A stretch of 64,000 nucleotides of DNA from Vicinamibacteria bacterium (GTDB taxonomy: Bacteria; Acidobacteriota; Vicinamibacteria; Vicinamibacterales; JAENWD01). The notes beneath the pieces are model-generated. The model saw nothing but the letters and a program-made list of their open reading frames with translations, was not told the origin of the DNA and did no database searches. A program made the translations under genes and the position numbers. Positions 1 through 8,512 of the stretch are shown one piece after another. Every line of letters starts with the position of its first letter. Position 1 is the first letter of the stretch. The stretch is from positions 431,403-495,402 of the forward strand of contig CAVRDA010000021.1 of NCBI GenBank assembly GCA_963719755.1, read 5' to 3'.

Positions 1-327
1 GACGCTTCCGAGAATCAACGCGTCACGCCGATCGACGAGCAGGGCCTCCCACGACACCACGGTGACGACGGCGGCGTTGACCATCGCGAGCATGATCAGC
101 AGGCCCTTGTGCCACCACGATGCGAACTCGACCACCTGATAGCCGTGAACGACCATCAGCCCGAACGGCACGATGAGCTTCGCGCTCCAGAGAAACCCGG
201 GGGTCGCAAGCGCCGTCAGCAGCCAGATCGCGGTTGGCCGCAGGTCGATGTCGGGCGCGAGCAGGTCGTTCTCGAAGAACCGCCGCGTGAACAGCGACAC
301 GAGCAGATGCAGGCGCTGTCCTCTCAT
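1..327 (-). CDS. membrane protein, N-terminal part only (gene runs off window start); likely permease partner of the adjacent ABC ATPase
   Basis: ATG at 327 on the minus strand, open to the window edge. My translation MRGQRLHLLVSLFTRRFFENDLLAPDIDLRPTAIWLLTALATPGFLWSAKLIVPFGLMVVHGY... has TM-like hydrophobic runs. It starts 5 nt after the ATPase stop. Confidence 0.5.
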   Translation of the reverse strand, partial: MRGQRLHLLVSLFTRRFFENDLLAPDIDLRPTAIWLLTALATPGFLWSAKLIVPFGLMVVHGYQVVEFASWWHKGLLIMLAMVNAAVVTVVSWEALLVDRRDALILGSV

Positions 328-332
328 CGCGC

Positions 333-1098
333 TCACGCCCGCATCGTCGCGACGAGCTGATCGGCGATGGCCGTGACGTCGTCTTCGACGGTCAGCTCCG
401 CGAAGACCGCCTCGAGCGACGGCAGGCTGAGCAGGTCGCGGAGAGCGCCGACCGAGTTGTCGGCGACGACGCGGCTGCGGTGGACGATCAGCACGCGCGA
501 GGAGACCTTCTCCACCATGTCCATCACGTGCGAGCTGTAGACGATGATCTTGCCGGCGGCGCTCAGCTGCTGAATCATCTCGCGCAGCACCAGCGTCGTG
601 GAGACGTCGAGCCCCGAGCACGGCTCGTCGAGCACGACGATGTCCGGGTCGTGAATGAGCGCGGCCGAGATCAGCACTTTCTGCCGCATGCCCTTGGAGC
701 AGGCCGGTGATCGGCTGGTAGCGGGCGGACTCGAGGTTGAAGAGCCGGAGGAACTCGTCGATCCGCCGCTCGAGCCGCGGCCCGTCGAGCCCGCGCAGCC
801 GGCCGACGAACTCGAGATACTCCGGCGGCGTGAAGAACGTGTAGAGGTGCGCCTCTTCCGGCACGTAGCCGATGCGCGCCTTGAACGCCTGCAGATCGTC
901 GTCGACGTCCCGCCCGTCGTGCAGGATCTTGCCCGAGGTGGGCGAGAGCAGTCCCACCAGCATCTTCACCGTCGTCGATTTGCCCGAGCCATTCGGCCCG
1001 AGCAACCCGAGCACGTCGCCCGGCCCGAGCGACGCGCTGACGTCGCGAATCGCCGGCAGCACGCCGTAGAACTTCGTCAACCCCCGGAGCTCGAGCAT
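333..1098 (-). CDS. ABC transporter ATP-binding protein (frame broken near 700 in this sequence)
   Basis: Walker A GPNGSGKST, signature LSKGMRQKV, Walker B IVVLDEP. The N-terminal two thirds (from ATG 1098, SD CAGGAG upstream) and ORF 333..689 are in different frames. The span is 766 nt, not a multiple of 3. Confidence 0.8.
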
Positions 1099-1151
1099 GG
1101 ACAACTCCTGATGGCGGACTTAGACACCGTCACGATGTGAAAGTCTCACGT

Positions 1152-1249
1152 CCAACCAGATCAACCTGACCAACCGGATCAACCTGATCAACCTGATCAA
1201 CCAACCAACCCGACGTAACCTGACGAAACCCGACGTAACCCGACGCAAC
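1152..1249. repeat. tandem array of degenerate 9-10-nt units (GATCAACCT x about 6, then GACGTAACCY x 4) in a divergent promoter region
   Basis: Read directly: GATCAACCT GACCAACCG GATCAACCT GATCAACCT GATCAACCA ACCAACCC GACGTAACCT GACGAAACCC GACGTAACCC GACGCAAC. No complementary arm is present. Confidence 0.8.
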
Positions 1250-1258
1250 TCACTGGTA

Positions 1259-1264
1259 TATATT
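1259..1264 (+). promoter_or_regulatory. -10-like hexamer TATATT, 7 nt upstream of GTG 1272 (candidate leaderless promoter)
   Basis: The sequence reads tggTATATATTcctccccGTG. There is no purine-rich SD between the hexamer and the start. Confidence 0.35.
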
Positions 1265-1271
1265 CCTCCCC

Positions 1272-2121
1272 GTGCCTCGCTTCCCTCTCTCTTTCTCCAC
1301 GCTCGGCTGCCCGAAGTGGCCGTGGCGCAACGTGCTCGATCAGGCATCGCGCCTCGGCTATGCGGGCATCGAGCTCCGGGGCCTCGAAGGCGAGATCGAC
1401 CTGCTCAAGCGCCCGGAGTTCAGCGCGCGGTCCATCGCCACGTCGCTGAAGGACCTGGCCGCGCTCGATCTCGTCATCACCGATCTTGGAGCGTCGGCGC
1501 GGCTGCACGAGCCCGTTGCGACAGGTACTGGCCGCGCAGATGGATGAAGCGCGGCGGTACATCGATCTCGCGCATCGGCTCGGGGCACCCTGGGTGCGGG
1601 TCTTCCCGGACCGCTTCGTGCCGGGCGAGCCGCGAGAGGCGACCATCGCGCGCGTCGGGGCGAACCTCGCGCAGCTCGGCTGGTTTGCGAAGGGCAGCGG
1701 CGTCGGGGTGCTCGTCGAGTCTCACGGCGAGTTCACGGATTCGCCGAGCCTCGAGGCGATGATGAAGGCCGCCGGCGACGCGCCAGGCGTCGGCCTGCTG
1801 TGGGACACCCATCACACCGTCTCCGCGGGCAAGGAGAAGCCGGGGGACACCTGGGCGCGGCTGGGGCGATGGGTGCATCACACCCACATCAAGGACTCGA
1901 AGCCCGGCGAGAAGGAAGTCCACTACGTGCTCACCGGTGAAGGCACCATCGGCGTCCGCGACGTCGTCCGTGCGCTGGCCGCCGGCGGCTATTCGGGCTT
2001 CTACGGCTTCGAATGGGAGAAGCAGTGGCACCCCGAGATCGCCGAGCCCGAGGTCGCGTTTCCGCAGTACGCCGAGGTGATGCGCACGTGGCTCGCCGAG
2101 GCGGGAGTCCGCGCCAAGTAG
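1272..2121 (+). CDS. sugar phosphate isomerase/epimerase (xylose isomerase-like TIM barrel); frame broken near 1513
   Basis: ORFs 1272..1547 and 1486..2121 join into one protein (LGYAGIELR..., WVRVFP, VLVESHGEF, HTHIKD, GFEWEK). Confidence 0.75.
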
Positions 2122-2174
2122 GACCGCAGCGCCCGGTCAGTGGCTCTGAGCAACGGCTGCGGAGAGACGGCTGA

Positions 2175-2951
2175 TCAGGCCGCTCGCCGTGCCCGGGTGA
2201 AGAGCGGCGCGACCAGTGAGACCACTTCAGCGGCCGTCGAGACGTCTGCCTGCAGGAATCGGACGCTGCGGCGGCCGATCGTGGCAAGGTCCAGCGGCGC
2301 CGACGGGCGCTCGGCCAGCGGCACGTCCAGCAGCATCGCGCCGATCGTGCGTCCGGCGATGCCTCCCATCATGAAGACGTAGAGCAGCGTGATCAGCGCG
2401 AGCACGGTGAAGACCGCGATGCCCGACTCGCTCACGAGCTCCCGGATCGTCAGGCCGCAGGAGAACGCCGTCATCACCAGCACGCCGACATAGAGCGCCG
2501 CCAGCATCAGTCCGTCGATCGAGGCGGCAGCCAGCCTGCGGCCGCTGCGATCGGAGGCGCCGCGCGCGATCGTCTCGGGGCGGTTCGTGTCCTTCACCAG
2601 CGAGTTGTGGCGGTCGAGAATCTGCTTCAGCAGGTGCATCCGCGCATCAGGAATGAGCTGCGCCGATGCAACCCGCGCCGCGCCATTCGCGGCGTCCGGA
2701 TGCGGCGCGCCAGCGGCCTGCGCCGACGGCAACTCGTCGGCCAGCGTGCCGAGGACGACGTCCGCGTCGACGCCGATGGCCTCCGCGTACGCACGCACGA
2801 AGGCACGCGTATAGAAGCCCGGCGGAAGCCCGCTCCATTCGCCTTCCTCGATCTTCCTGAGGTAGCCGACGCCAATCCTGGTTCGACGGCTGATCTCGGT
2901 GAGACTCAGCCCCTTTGCCATCCGGATTCGCCGCAGCTCTGCAATGGTCAT
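2175..2951 (-). CDS. RodZ/XRE-like HTH domain protein with C-terminal RDD-type membrane domain
   Basis: MTIAELRRIRMAKGLSLTEISRRTRIGVGYLRKIEEG is followed by hydrophobic segments. An AAGGAG SD precedes ATG 2951. The 434-aa track ORF is an Arg-rich upstream extension. Confidence 0.7.
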   Translation of the reverse strand: MTIAELRRIRMAKGLSLTEISRRTRIGVGYLRKIEEGEWSGLPPGFYTRAFVRAYAEAIGVDADVVLGTLADELPSAQAAGAPHPDAANGAARVASAQLIPDARMHLLKQILDRHNSLVKDTNRPETIARGASDRSGRRLAAASIDGLMLAALYVGVLVMTAFSCGLTIRELVSESGIAVFTVLALITLLYVFMMGGIAGRTIGAMLLDVPLAERPSAPLDLATIGRRSVRFLQADVSTAAEVVSLVAPLFTRARRAA

Positions 2952-3027
2952 GGCCCTCGGACACTCCTTGATTTGAGACCTATCGGCTGCGACGTGCCGG
3001 AACATTACACTGTGCGCAACAGCGTGC

Positions 3028-4576
3028 ATGCCTGCCCCGCTTGCTGCCCTCGTCGCAACCTCCCGCCTGGTGACGGAGACCTCCAGCCGGCTGGGTAAGA
3101 TCCGCCACATCGCCGAATTTCTTTCGCAGGTGCCAGCGGACGAGCTGCCGATCGGCAATCGCGTTTTTGTCCGGCAGCACGCCCCACGGACGCCTCGGCG
3201 TCGGCGGAGCGGCGATCCGCGAAGCACGGGACGTGCCGCCGGCGGAGATCGCGACGCTGACACTTCCGGAGGTGGACGCGACGTTCGGCGCGGTCGCCGG
3301 CGTTTCGGGCGCCGGCGCCGCTCGACGACGAGTCGAGTTGCTGCGGCAGCTCTTCGGCCGAGCGGTCGCCGACGAGCAGACATTCCTGGTCCGGCTGCTC
3401 TTCGGCGAGCTGCGCCAGGGCGCGCTCGAGGGCGTGCTCGTCGACGCGGTCGCGAAGGCGGCGGGCCTTCCGGCCGCACGCGTGCGGCGCGCGGCGATGC
3501 TCGCGGGCGATCTCGCGCCGGTCGCGCGAGCGGCGATCGCCGGCGGCGAAGCCGCGCTCGGCGCGTTCAGCCTGCAGGTGCTGCAGCCGGTGCAGCCGAT
3601 GCTCGCCGACTCGGCGCCCGACGTCGAGGCTGCGCTGGCCGATCTCGGCGACGCCACGATCGAGTACAAGCTCGATGGCGCGCGCATCCAGGTCCACAAG
3701 TCCGGAGACGAGATCGTGGTCTTCTCGCGCGCGCTGCGCCTGGTGACGCCGGCCGTGCCGGAAGTGGTGGAGGCCGTGCGGGCGATGCCGGCGCGATCGG
3801 CGATTCTCGACGGCGAGGTGATCGCGCTTCGTCCCGACGGCACGCCGCGCGCGTTCCAGGACACGATGCGCCGCTTCGGCCGAAGGCTCGACGTCAACGC
3901 GCTCCGCGCCGAGCTGCCGCTCTCGCCGGTGTTCTTCGACCTGCTGCACGTCGACGGCCAGGACATGCTCGACCTGCCGCAGCGCGATCGCTTCGCCGCG
4001 ATGGCATCGCGTCTCCCGTCGTCGTTGGTCATCCCGCACATCGTGTCGCCGACACCCGATCAGGCCGTGGCGTTTGTCGACCGCGCGGCGGCGCAGGGCC
4101 ACGAGGGCGTCATGGCGAAGGCGCGCGAGGCGGCCTACGCCGCGGGCAGCCGCGGCGCGTCGTGGCTGAAGGTGAAGAGCGTGCGCACGCTCGATCTCGT
4201 CGTGCTCGCGGTCGAGTGGGGGTCCGGGCGGCGCCAGGGCTGGCTGAGCAACCTGCATCTCGGCGCGCGCGACCCGATCGGCGGCGGCTTCGTGATGCTG
4301 GGGAAGACGTTCAAGGGCCTCACCGACGCGACGCTCGCGTGGCAGACCGACGCGCTGCTCGCCCTCGAAGTCGCCCGCGACGACTACGTCGTCTACGTGA
4401 AGCCGGAACTGGTGGTGGAAATCGCGTTCAACGACGTGCAGACGAGCCCGCACTACCCGGGCGGGATGGCCCTGCGCTTTGCCCGGGTGAAGCGGTATCG
4501 CCCCGACAAGCGCGCCGCCGAGGCCGATACCATCGATGAGGTGCGCCGCATCCACCGCGAAACGAGCGGCCGGTAG
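3028..4576 (+). CDS. ATP-dependent DNA ligase (LigB-like); frame broken near 3153
   Basis: Adenylation motif IEYKLDGAR, later GHEGVMAK and WLKVK. The N-terminus from ATG 3028 (MPAPLAALVATSRLVTETSSRLGKIRHIAEFL) joins ORF 3167..4576 after a 1-nt indel. Confidence 0.85.
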
Positions 4577-4614
4577 CCGCCGTATACTGGGGGCCTGCTG
4601 ACACGAGGTACGCC

Positions 4615-5826
4615 ATGAGCGACCGAGCGCCCCTTCGACTCCGGGACCGTCCTGTAATCCTCGTCTGCGCGCTCGCCCTGGTGGCGCTGGGCGCCGCGCC
4701 GACCGCACAACAGTCTGCCGGACAGCAGCCCGCTTCAGACGTCGTCCGCCCCTCCGACCAGCCCGTCTTCCGCCTCAGCGTCTCGCTGGTGCAGCTCGAC
4801 GCCGTCGTCACCGACAAGCACGGGCGACACGTGACGACGCTGGGACCGGACGACTTCGACGTGCGTCAGGACGGCCGACCGCAGCCAATCGTCGCCGTGT
4901 CGTACGTGCAGGCGGACGAGCACTGGGTGGACACCTCGGGCCTGCCGCCGCTGCCGGTCGAAGCGTTGAAGCCGGAAGACGCTCGGCGCGTCGTCGTCGT
5001 GGTGGTCGACGACCTGCGCATGTCGTTCAGCAGCATCTACCACGCCCGGCGCGGCCTGACCCGATTCTTCGAGCGCGAGTTCCAGTCCGGCGACATGGGG
5101 ATGATCGTCACCACCAGCGGCGCCGGCACCAGCCGTCTGACCTACAGCCCGCTGGTCCTCAAGGCCGACGCCAGCCGGCTCCGCTTCTCCCTCCAGAGCC
5201 TGGATCGGCCCGATGTGCTCAACGCATTCAACGGGTTCCTGAGCCCGACGATGGACGAGTACTACAACCGCACGTTCGCCGAGAGCTCCATCGGGCGCAT
5301 CGTCGACGCGATTGACGCGGTCCGGAAACTCCCCGGCCGCAAGTCGGTCGTGCTGGTGTCGGAAGGGTTCGAAGTCTACGGTCTCAGCAGCGACAACGCG
5401 TACATCCGCGAGATGCTGCAGCGGCTGGTGGACCGGTCCAACCGAGCCGGCGTCGTCATCTACGCGCTGGATCCTCGAGGCCTCGTCATCACGGGCCCGA
5501 CGGCGGCCGATGCCATGGACTCCGCGCGGCAGGCGACTGCGCTGGCCGTGATGCGCTCCGACGCGCTTCGCAACACGCAGGACGGCCTGCGCTACGTCGC
5601 CGGCGAGACCGGCGGCTTCGCCGTCGTGAACAGCAACGATCTGACTGGCGGCTTCAAGCGCATCATGGCCGACCAGAGCGGCTACTACCTGATCGGCTAT
5701 CAGCCGGAAGCCGGAACGCTCCACGCGAAGAGCGACGTCGAGTTCCGCAAGGTCAAGATCAAGGTGAAGGTGAAGGGCCTCAAGCTCCGCACGCGCTCGG
5801 GCTTCTACGGGAGCGCGACCGAGTAG
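4615..5826 (+). CDS. VWFA-related acidobacterial-domain protein (secreted)
   Basis: Intact 403-aa ORF with a signal peptide. The N-terminal FRLSVSLVQLDAVVTDKHGRHV..DFDVRQDG module and the VWA-like core are typical of the TIGR03436-type family. Confidence 0.8.
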   Translation: MSDRAPLRLRDRPVILVCALALVALGAAPTAQQSAGQQPASDVVRPSDQPVFRLSVSLVQLDAVVTDKHGRHVTTLGPDDFDVRQDGRPQPIVAVSYVQADEHWVDTSGLPPLPVEALKPEDARRVVVVVVDDLRMSFSSIYHARRGLTRFFEREFQSGDMGMIVTTSGAGTSRLTYSPLVLKADASRLRFSLQSLDRPDVLNAFNGFLSPTMDEYYNRTFAESSIGRIVDAIDAVRKLPGRKSVVLVSEGFEVYGLSSDNAYIREMLQRLVDRSNRAGVVIYALDPRGLVITGPTAADAMDSARQATALAVMRSDALRNTQDGLRYVAGETGGFAVVNSNDLTGGFKRIMADQSGYYLIGYQPEAGTLHAKSDVEFRKVKIKVKVKGLKLRTRSGFYGSATE

Positions 5827-5828
5827 AC

Positions 5829-5864
5829 GGCCTTCGGCGTTCAGCCTTCAGCCTTCAGACGGCC
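5829..5864. repeat. heptamer ladder GCCTTCG GCGTTCA GCCTTCA GCCTTCA GACGGCC between two convergent stop codons
   Basis: Read directly. The plus-gene stop is TAG 5824-5826. The minus-gene stop (5855-5857) lies inside the last GCCTTCA unit. Confidence 0.75.
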
Positions 5865-6336
5865 ACGGTCTTCACGGCACCCGCACGCGTCGCGGCTTCC
5901 ACCTCCACCAGCCGTCCGGACGTGACCTCGTACAGATACCCGTAGATCGGAATCGTCGCCGGCACCAGCGGATGCTGCCGGATCCGCGTCACGTCGTCGG
6001 CCACCGCGCCCGCCTGGTCCGCGATCGTGTGCCACTCGATGTCGTCGCCCGCGATCGATCCGGGACCCGTGCCGACATCCTTGAAGCCTTCCGCGGTGAG
6101 CTCCGCCGTCTCGAGGCTGTTGCGCAGCAGGACCCGGATGACGTCGTTGGTGAAGAACTCCATGCCGCAGTTGGTGTGGTGGACGACGAACCATTCGCGG
6201 GTCCCGAGCAGCTTGTATGAGATCACCAGCGATCGGATCGCGTCGTCGGTGGCCCGGCCGCCGGCGTTGACGGATCACATGCGCGTCGCCCTCGCAGGAA
6301 CGGCCTGCGGCTAGTCGTTGCTGTTGGCGCTGCCAT
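5855..6336 (-). pseudogene. beta-class carbonic anhydrase-like gene, N-terminally truncated and frame-broken
   Basis: EGDAHVIR / [36 protein letters not shown] matches the beta-CA core. There is no room for the N-terminal CxDxR zinc-ligand motif before the upstream gene stop at 6311. An extra C near 6275 shifts the frame. Confidence 0.5.
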
Positions 6337-7235
6337 GACCGGCGTACTTCCGCTCGCCGGCGGTGACGGCGATCGGAAGTCTGTTCTGCCGCGGCGGCAG
6401 CGGGCATGTCGTGTGCGGGTTGTAGGCACACGGCGGGTTGTAGGCACGGTTGAAGTCGACGACGACTGCGCCGGACGCATCTGGGGGATCGGTGTAGAGG
6501 AAGCGGATGCGGTAAGTGAGATCGCCTGCCGTCCGATCGCTGAAGATCAGCCACAGCCGCCCGCGCGCCGCTTTCAGCGCTACGAGCCTGACCACCGTGC
6601 CGTTCACGGCAGCCTCGACCTCGCCGGGGCTCTGCATCGTCTCGACGTCGCCGAGGATGTTCTGGATCTCGACGTTGCGCGGTGTGTCGTATGGCACCAG
6701 CCGCCCGGCGATGCGCCACTTCGGGTCGACGGCAAACCAGCGCAGGCCGGTGAATCCGCGGCGGTAGGGGCTCTCGGGATCGCGCAGGCGGACGCCAAGC
6801 CGCCCGCCGCTCGGGTGGAGCTGCAGCGTGATTCGGCCGATCGTCAGCCGATCGGCCGGCGTGTCTGCGGCTGCGTTCGACGGCAGCGAGCGTGACCGGC
6901 CCGCCGACGGCGCGCCCGTTGAGAGAAGTCGCCACACCTGCCGCAGGCTCGAATCGCACGCGGCCGCCCGCGTAGATCATTCGTCCGGCTGCCGCCGGCG
7001 CGGCCTCGTCTGGCAGCACGACGTCCGCCCGGGAATCTGCGCCGACGGTGTTCACGCCGTCGTGCAGGAAGTAGAGCCCGGCAACCGACAGCCAGCCGTC
7101 CTCCTTCTTGAGGTCTGCCTCGCGCGTCTCTCGCCAGCGCTCGACCTCGGCAGCCCAATCCGCGGGCGGTGAATCAGGCAGCGCCGACGTCAGGGCGGAC
7201 AGGAGCAGAGAGAGCAGTGCAAACGTAGGCAACAT
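6311..7235 (-). CDS. DUF1684 domain protein; frame broken near 6895
   Basis: The signal peptide MLPTFALLSLLLSA and the WLSVAGLYFL part (from ATG 7235) are in a different frame from ORF 6311..6937 (RWFAVDPKWRIAGRL, NRAYNPPCAYNPHTTCPLPP). Confidence 0.75.
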
Positions 7236-7557
7236 GGCTGCGACACCTGGCGCGTCCCGGTGCGGTCGCCAATGGCGATCGACGCGCGGAACACGCGATC
7301 AAAGCTCGGTGATGGGGAGGCGCCTCCGGCGGGCGAGCCTTCAGGCCGCCGCGGGAGACTAGCTACAGGTGCAGCGACAACACGCGCAGGACGACAGCAG
7401 CCGTCCTGGGACCAGGCGGGGAGCGGGCAGCAAGGGGCGCGCGCTCGAGGTCATTGAGGCGAGTGTAACACGAGGAAATCCTGCCCGTCACGCTGCGCTT
7501 CGCCTGCCGGAAAGATCCGCAACCCGACGTGCGGCGGCTCTGCAACAGCGACCGGGA

Positions 7558-7580
7558 ATCCGCAGCGTTCATCTGCGGAT
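7558..7580. repeat. hairpin ATCCGCAG-cgttcat-CTGCGGAT (CGCAGAT dialect)
   Basis: Perfect 8-bp stem read directly. The block aatccgcagcgttcatctgcggatcg resembles the right end of the 42723-42929 element. Confidence 0.6.
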
Positions 7581-7604
7581 CGCTGCTGCCGCCGCGGTGA
7601 TGAG

Positions 7605-7612
7605 TCTAGAAT
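7605..7612 (+). promoter_or_regulatory. TCTAGAAT; its -10-like TAGAAT lies 6 nt upstream of ATG 7619
   Basis: The sequence reads gagTCTAGAATttgcggATGact. The same octamer occurs at 14852-14859 (minus strand) and 45752-45759. Confidence 0.4.
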
Positions 7613-7618
7613 TTGCGG

Positions 7619-8508
7619 ATGACTCGGATGTCAGCTGCAGTCGTACTGATAGCGGTGCTCACCGCTGTGAATGTGAGAGCCGATGAGCTCGCAGAACGTG
7701 TCGCAGCGCTGACGAAGCCCTTCAAGGGAACGGTCGCGCTCTACGCGATGAATCTCGACACCGGCCGCGACTTCTCGCTCGATGCGGACGCCAAGGTACG
7801 GACGGCCAGCACGATCAAGCTGCCGATCCTCTGCGCGCTCGAGTCTGCGGTGGCGTCGGGCCGGTTGCGCTGGGACGAACCGGCCGTGGTGCGGAAGGCG
7901 GGGCAGGTATCGGGGTCTGGCGTGCTGGCCGATCTCAGCGACGGCACGACGCTGCCGCTGCGCGACGTCGCCGTCCTGATGATCGTCGTCTCGGACAACA
8001 CGGCGACGAATCTCGTCCTCGATCGCGTGAGCGCCGATGCCGTGAATGACTACCTCGACACGCTCGGCCTGACGCGCGACGAGGGCATTGAGAAAGGTCC
8101 GTGGCGATGGCGCGCCGGCCTAGCGGATGGAGTCGCGCCGGGCGGCTGCCAGAGAACGAGAGATACGGGCTCGGCGTCTCGACGCCGCGCGAGATGGTGC
8201 GCCTCCTGCAGCTTCTCCACCAGGGCAAGGTGGTGAATCAAGACGTCTCGAAGGACGTCCTCGACATCATGAGGCGGCAACAGATCAAGGACGGCATCGG
8301 GCGCCACAACGCCGACGCCGTCGCGAGCAAGAGCGGCGCGCTGGACGCGCTGCGCAGCGACGTCGGCATCGTGGACAGCCCCGGCGGGCGCATCGCCATC
8401 GCCGTGACGGTGGACGGCATGCCGGAGGTCGACTACTCACCCGACAATGCAGGCGATCGCCTGATTTGGGAGCTCTCGAAGGTCCTCGTCGCCGGACTCG
8501 CGCGGTGA
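7619..8508 (+). CDS. class A beta-lactamase-family serine hydrolase; one or two frame breaks at 8070-8125
   Basis: Signal peptide, then SxxK (ASTIK), SDN and KSG motifs. ORFs 7613..8236 and 8101..8508 overlap out of frame. Confidence 0.75.
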
Positions 8509-8512
8509 GCGC

